Source: Candidatus Saccharimonadota bacterium (GTDB taxonomy: Bacteria > Patescibacteriota > Saccharimonadia > Saccharimonadales > Saccharimonadaceae). Taken from it: a DNA stretch of 64,000 nucleotides. Made by a program: the position numbers and the translations under genes. The notes below the pieces were generated by a model that worked only from the letters and a program-made list of their open reading frames with translations, did not search any database and was not told the origin of the DNA. The stretch spans positions 7,699 to 71,698 of the forward strand of contig JAFWHA010000015.1 of the NCBI GenBank assembly GCA_017512175.1. The letters are read 5' to 3'. Below, in pieces: positions 59,792-64,000 of this stretch (the stretch's first letter is position 1; each line of letters starts with the position of its first letter).

Positions 59792-62680
59792 ATGGAAAAC
59801 GCAATTCGGATTCGTGGAGCTAGGCAGCATAATCTAAAGAATATTGATGTTGATATTCCACGAGATAAACTAGTAGTTCTAACTGGACTTTCTGGCTCTG
59901 GTAAATCTAGTTTGGCTTTTGATACGATTTATGCAGAAGGGCAGCGTCGCTATGTAGAATCGTTAAGTTCGTATGCGAGAATGTTTCTTGGTGTGATGGA
60001 CAAGCCAGATGTAGATACTATTACGGGGCTTAGTCCGGCAATTTCTATTGATCAGAAGTCAACTAGTAGAAATCCACGTTCTACGGTAGCGACAGTAACG
60101 GAAGTTTTCGATTATTTACGTTTATTATTCGCAAGAGTAGGCGTGCCACATTGTCCAATTTGTCATAGCGAAGTATCAAGGCGTACGGTAGAGGATATCG
60201 TGAACGAAGTGATGAAATTGCCATTAGGCTCGAAGTTAATGCTACTTGCTCCGATTGTCCAGCAGAAAAAAGGTGAGTTTCAGCATATATCCGAACAATA
60301 TCAAGCCAAAGGTTTTTCGCGCGCTAGGGTTGACGGAATAGTTTATGCGTTGGATGAATTTCCAGAGCTAGAAAAACAGGAACGTCACGATATCGAAATC
60401 GTAGTAGATAGATTCATCTTGAGTCCAGAATTACATGCGCGTATTGCTGGCTCGATTGAACAGGCATTGGAGCTAGGTCAAGGAATTATTAAATTACTAA
60501 AAATTACAGATAATTCCACCGCGGTAGATAATAAGCAGATTAATGATGAAAATTCTAATATTATTACTTTTTCTCAACGTTATGCATGTCCGAATCATCC
60601 TGATGAGCTAATTCCAGAACTTGAGCCGAGGCTATTTTCTTTTAATGCGCCACAAGGAGCCTGCCCGACTTGTACTGGTCTAGGAACGCGTATGGAAATT
60701 GATCCGAGCTTAGTATTTAATGAAAACCTTACAATTGCAGAAGGCGGAATTCGACCGTTTAATCGTGTGAATCAAGATTCTTGGTGGCTCAAAAGATTAG
60801 ATGCCGTAGGAAAAGCGCAAGGCTTTTCTATCCATGTACCGATTAGAGAATTGTCTGATGACGCTAAACAAAAAATATTATATGGTACTGGTAAAGAGAA
60901 ATATAAAGTTCGAATTGCAGGTACGGGTAAGTTTTCCGAAGGAACGGTGTATGAATCTACTTACGAAGGTGTAATTCCGACTTTAGAGCGTAGGCATAGA
61001 GAGACGGATTCAGATTTTATTAGAAAAGATATTGAGCGTTTTATGCGTTTGAAAGAATGTCAAACTTGCCATGGAGCAAGGCTGAAGCCGGTTGTTTTGG
61101 CTGTTACGATCCATAATCTCAACATTGTGGATATGTGCAATATGGATGTTGATACTACTTTGGAAGTCCTTAATAAAGATTTGGAATTTACAGAGGCTGA
61201 ACATCAAATTGCTGATCCGATATTGAAAGAAATTCGTGAACGTGTGAAGTTCATGCAGGATGTAGGTTTGGGGTATTTGGAACTTGGTCGGGCGGCAAAT
61301 ACGCTTTCTGGGGGCGAAGCTCAACGTATTCGTTTGGCGACACAGATTGGCTCTGGTTTGCAGGGGGTGTTGTATGTACTAGATGAGCCTTCTATTGGAC
61401 TTCATCAACGAGATAACGACAAGTTGATTGCCACTTTGAAGCATCTTAGAGATTTGAAGAATACTGTCTTGGTAGTGGAGCATGATGAAGATACAATGCT
61501 AAACTCTGATTATATTGTAGATATTGGTCCGGGTGCTGGTGTGAACGGTGGTAAAGTCGTAGCTTGTGGTACTCCAGAAGAAATTATGAAAAATGAGGAT
61601 TCTATTACGGGCAAATATCTTTCTGGAAAACTAAAAATTGAAACGCCAAAGAAACGTCGAAAAGTTAAACGTGATACTAATCGCCAGCCAGAATATTTGG
61701 AAGTGATTGGTGCGCGAGAAAATAATCTTAAAAATATTAACGTTAAGTTCCCGTTAGGTGTGATGACGGTAGTATCTGGAGTATCTGGCTCTGGCAAATC
61801 TACGCTTGTGAACGATATTTTGGCAAACGAATTATTGGCGAGACTTCATCGTGCACAGACAGTGCCGGGTGCACACGATAGGATTGATGGTATCGACTAT
61901 CTTGATAAGTGTATTGTGATCGATCAGTCGCCGATTGGACGCACGCCGCGTTCTAATCCTGCTACATATACAGGAGTCTTTAATCAGATTCGTGAGTTGT
62001 TTGCCCATCAGCCAGAAGCAGAAATTCGTGGTTATAAGGCTGGTCGATTTTCATTCAATATTCGTGGTGGTAGGTGTGAGACTTGTCAAGGCGATGGCGT
62101 AAACAAAATAGAAATGCATTTTTTGCCGGATGTTTATGTTACTTGTCCGGCTTGTCACGGTAAACGTTACAATCGTGAAGCGTTGGAAATTAAGTATAAA
62201 GGTAAAAGTATTGCTGATGTGCTTGATATGACTATTGATGAAGCGGTGGAGTTCTTTGAAAATATTCCGTCAATTGCGCCAAAGCTCAAAACAATTCAGG
62301 AAGTAGGACTAGGCTATATTCGCTTAGGTCAGCCGGCTACGACTTTTTCTGGTGGCGAGGCGCAGCGTATTAAACTTGCGACTGAACTTTCGCGTCGCTC
62401 GACTGGGAAAACTTTGTATATCTTGGATGAGCCAACTACTGGGTTGCATACTGCCGATGTTAAAAAATTACTTAGCATACTAAGTAAGCTCGTTGATGGT
62501 GGTAATTCAATGATTATTATCGAGCACAATTTACACGTGATTAAATCTGCTGACTGGATTATTGACATGGGTCCAGAAGGTGGAGCGAATGGTGGTACGG
62601 TAATTGCGGAAGGTACACCAGAAAACTTAGCGCATGAAGCTAAGACTCCTACTGGTAAATATCTGAAAACTGTGCTATAA
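59792..62680 (+). CDS. uvrA: Excinuclease ABC subunit A
   Basis: Two ABC domains ([24 protein letters not shown]) and zinc fingers. Confidence 0.98.
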   Translation: MENAIRIRGARQHNLKNIDVDIPRDKLVVLTGLSGSGKSSLAFDTIYAEGQRRYVESLSSYARMFLGVMDKPDVDTITGLSPAISIDQKSTSRNPRSTVATVTEVFDYLRLLFARVGVPHCPICHSEVSRRTVEDIVNEVMKLPLGSKLMLLAPIVQQKKGEFQHISEQYQAKGFSRARVDGIVYALDEFPELEKQERHDIEIVVDRFILSPELHARIAGSIEQALELGQGIIKLLKITDNSTAVDNKQINDENSNIITFSQRYACPNHPDELIPELEPRLFSFNAPQGACPTCTGLGTRMEIDPSLVFNENLTIAEGGIRPFNRVNQDSWWLKRLDAVGKAQGFSIHVPIRELSDDAKQKILYGTGKEKYKVRIAGTGKFSEGTVYESTYEGVIPTLERRHRETDSDFIRKDIERFMRLKECQTCHGARLKPVVLAVTIHNLNIVDMCNMDVDTTLEVLNKDLEFTEAEHQIADPILKEIRERVKFMQDVGLGYLELGRAANTLSGGEAQRIRLATQIGSGLQGVLYVLDEPSIGLHQRDNDKLIATLKHLRDLKNTVLVVEHDEDTMLNSDYIVDIGPGAGVNGGKVVACGTPEEIMKNEDSITGKYLSGKLKIETPKKRRKVKRDTNRQPEYLEVIGARENNLKNINVKFPLGVMTVVSGVSGSGKSTLVNDILANELLARLHRAQTVPGAHDRIDGIDYLDKCIVIDQSPIGRTPRSNPATYTGVFNQIRELFAHQPEAEIRGYKAGRFSFNIRGGRCETCQGDGVNKIEMHFLPDVYVTCPACHGKRYNREALEIKYKGKSIADVLDMTIDEAVEFFENIPSIAPKLKTIQEVGLGYIRLGQPATTFSGGEAQRIKLATELSRRSTGKTLYILDEPTTGLHTADVKKLLSILSKLVDGGNSMIIIEHNLHVIKSADWIIDMGPEGGANGGTVIAEGTPENLAHEAKTPTGKYLKTVL

Positions 62681-62692
62681 TTATAGTACTTG

Positions 62693-62741
62693 GGCTCGTT
62701 CAAAGATATTTTTGTTTGCAGAGAATCTCTTTGAACGGGCC
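62693..62741 (+). promoter_or_regulatory. Long hairpin in the rpsA 5' leader
   Basis: GGCTCGTTCAAAGA...TCTTTGAACGGGCC, ~20 bp including G-U pairs, between TGCTATAAT (62673-62681) and the SD. Confidence 0.65.
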
Positions 62742-62763
62742 TAAAGGAAGGAAAATATAATAT

Positions 62764-63831
62764 ATGGCTAAAGCCACAAAAATTACAATGGATGAATTGC
62801 TAGAAAAATCTGGTGATTCTATTAAACAAATTATTACTGGTGACACCGTTGAAGGAAAGGTGATGTCAGTTAAAAAACACGAGATTTTGGTCGATCTTGG
62901 CGCAAACGGAGTAGGTATGGTACCAAGGCGCGAAGCTGCATTTTCTCGCGATATGGAAGTTGGTCAGGAAGTGACAGCTTCTGTAATTGATGCAGAGATG
63001 GAAGACGGCATGGTACTTCTCTCGATGCGTAAAGCTGTAAAAGATAAGGGCTGGGATGAAATTTCTGTCAAGCTTGACGCTGGAGAAATTGTAGAAGTAA
63101 CACCATTTGATGCGAATCGCGGCGGTCTTCTTGTCGAATATGAAGGGATTCGTGGATTCCTACCAGTATCTCAACTTTCTGCTGAGCATTATCCTAGAGT
63201 AGGCTCTGCTGACAAAGACGAGATTTTACAAAGGCTAAATTCATTAGTTGGAAAAGCAATTAAAGTTCGTGTACTTGATGCTTCTAAGAAAGATAATAAA
63301 TTAATCTTCTCAGAAAAAGAAGCAGTTAAGGATGCGCTTTCTGCACGCTTTGCTGAAATGCAAGTCGGTGATGTAGTAAAGGGTCTTGTCACTGGAGTAG
63401 TTGATTTCGGTGTATTCGTAAATGTTGATGGTATTGAAGGTTTGATTCATATTTCCGAAATTTCTTGGGAACGTGTAAATAACCCAGCTGATTATGTAAA
63501 GCCAGGTGATACAATCGAGGCTAAGATTATCGCTATTGATAAAGAACGTCTCAGCCTTTCTATGAAACAGTTGAAAGAAGATCCATGGCTATCTGAAGTT
63601 GAAGGTCTGAAGAAGGGAAGCAAGGTAGAAGGTACCGTTACTCGTATCACTCCTTTTGGCGCTTTTGTTCAGATTTCTCCAGCTGTTGAAGCGTTAGTGC
63701 ATGTTTCTGAACTTGGCGAAGGCAATGATGTTGACCCAGAGAAGGTCTTTACTTTGAATGAAAGAAAAGATTTTAAAGTTTTAGACATTGATAGGGACGG
63801 TCGCAAGATTTCTTTGACGATTGCTAAGTAG
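62764..63831 (+). CDS. rpsA: 30S ribosomal protein S1 (4 S1 domains)
   Basis: Repeated S1 domains (RGFLPVSQ, FGVFV...GLIHISEISW, FGAFV...ALVHVSE). Confidence 0.93.
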   Translation: MAKATKITMDELLEKSGDSIKQIITGDTVEGKVMSVKKHEILVDLGANGVGMVPRREAAFSRDMEVGQEVTASVIDAEMEDGMVLLSMRKAVKDKGWDEISVKLDAGEIVEVTPFDANRGGLLVEYEGIRGFLPVSQLSAEHYPRVGSADKDEILQRLNSLVGKAIKVRVLDASKKDNKLIFSEKEAVKDALSARFAEMQVGDVVKGLVTGVVDFGVFVNVDGIEGLIHISEISWERVNNPADYVKPGDTIEAKIIAIDKERLSLSMKQLKEDPWLSEVEGLKKGSKVEGTVTRITPFGAFVQISPAVEALVHVSELGEGNDVDPEKVFTLNERKDFKVLDIDRDGRKISLTIAK

Positions 63832-63837
63832 AGAAAG

Positions 63838-63867
63838 AAAAAAGAGCCCATTAGGGGCTCTTTTTTT
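63838..63867 (+). terminator. Intrinsic terminator after rpsA
   Basis: AAAAAAGAGCCC-ATTAG-GGGCTCTTTTTTT. Confidence 0.85.
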
Positions 63868-63948
63868 GTTGCATGGTGAAAGGAGTGTTTTTATGAAAGT
63901 TACTGCTTGAAAAAAATAATTCTTTGCGGTATAATGTATTTATTATAT

Positions 63949-64000
63949 TCCCCGGTAGCTCAATGGTGGAGCAAGAAGCTGTTAACTTCGAGGTTACTGG
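63949..64000 (+). tRNA. tRNA-Asn (GTT), 3'-truncated by the window edge
   Basis: TCCCCGGTAGCTCAATGGTGGAGC...CTGTTAA anticodon loop; GGTATAAT promoter upstream. Confidence 0.88.

Noticed and set aside
1-64000. Alternative genetic code 25 (TGA=Gly), and a local DGR reverse transcriptase or template repeat
   Set aside because: Conserved genes are intact under code 11, TGA terminates gpmI, and RF2 is present; I found no RT-like ORF and no AAC-rich copy of the VR in this window.

Overview
Gene-dense bacterial chromosome segment in standard genetic code 11 (TGA is used as a stop and prfB is present). Gene content and style suggest a Patescibacteria/Saccharimonadia (TM7)-like organism, probably host- or gut-associated; this is an inference from the minimal metabolism, the characteristic type IV pilins and the HTH-MurA fusion. 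The backbone is housekeeping: clpP, radA, ruvC/A/B, prfB, pyk-pgk-pgi-gpmI, galU-like, murA, pcrA, ftsH, murJ, pilD, a Xer-type recombinase, ndk, rnj, rsmA, metG, pheST, sbcB, uvrA, rpsA and six tRNAs. Accessory genes are interleaved: an MMPL/YhgE pair, rubrerythrin, a divergent membrane pyrophosphatase, surface proteins and a DUF1704-like peptidase. Main highlights: (1) a Fib_succ_major/CLec-type surface protein (41277-43313) whose 3' end has the codon signature of a DGR variable region, with no RT or template repeat in the window; (2) a ~240-nt, heavily base-paired leader with mutually exclusive pairings directly upstream of it; (3) a related secreted protein (10245-11147) whose promoter has a G11 tract in the -35/-10 spacer, suggesting phase variation; (4) widespread leaderless gene starts. 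Items 1-3 may together form a variable surface-fibre/adhesin system.
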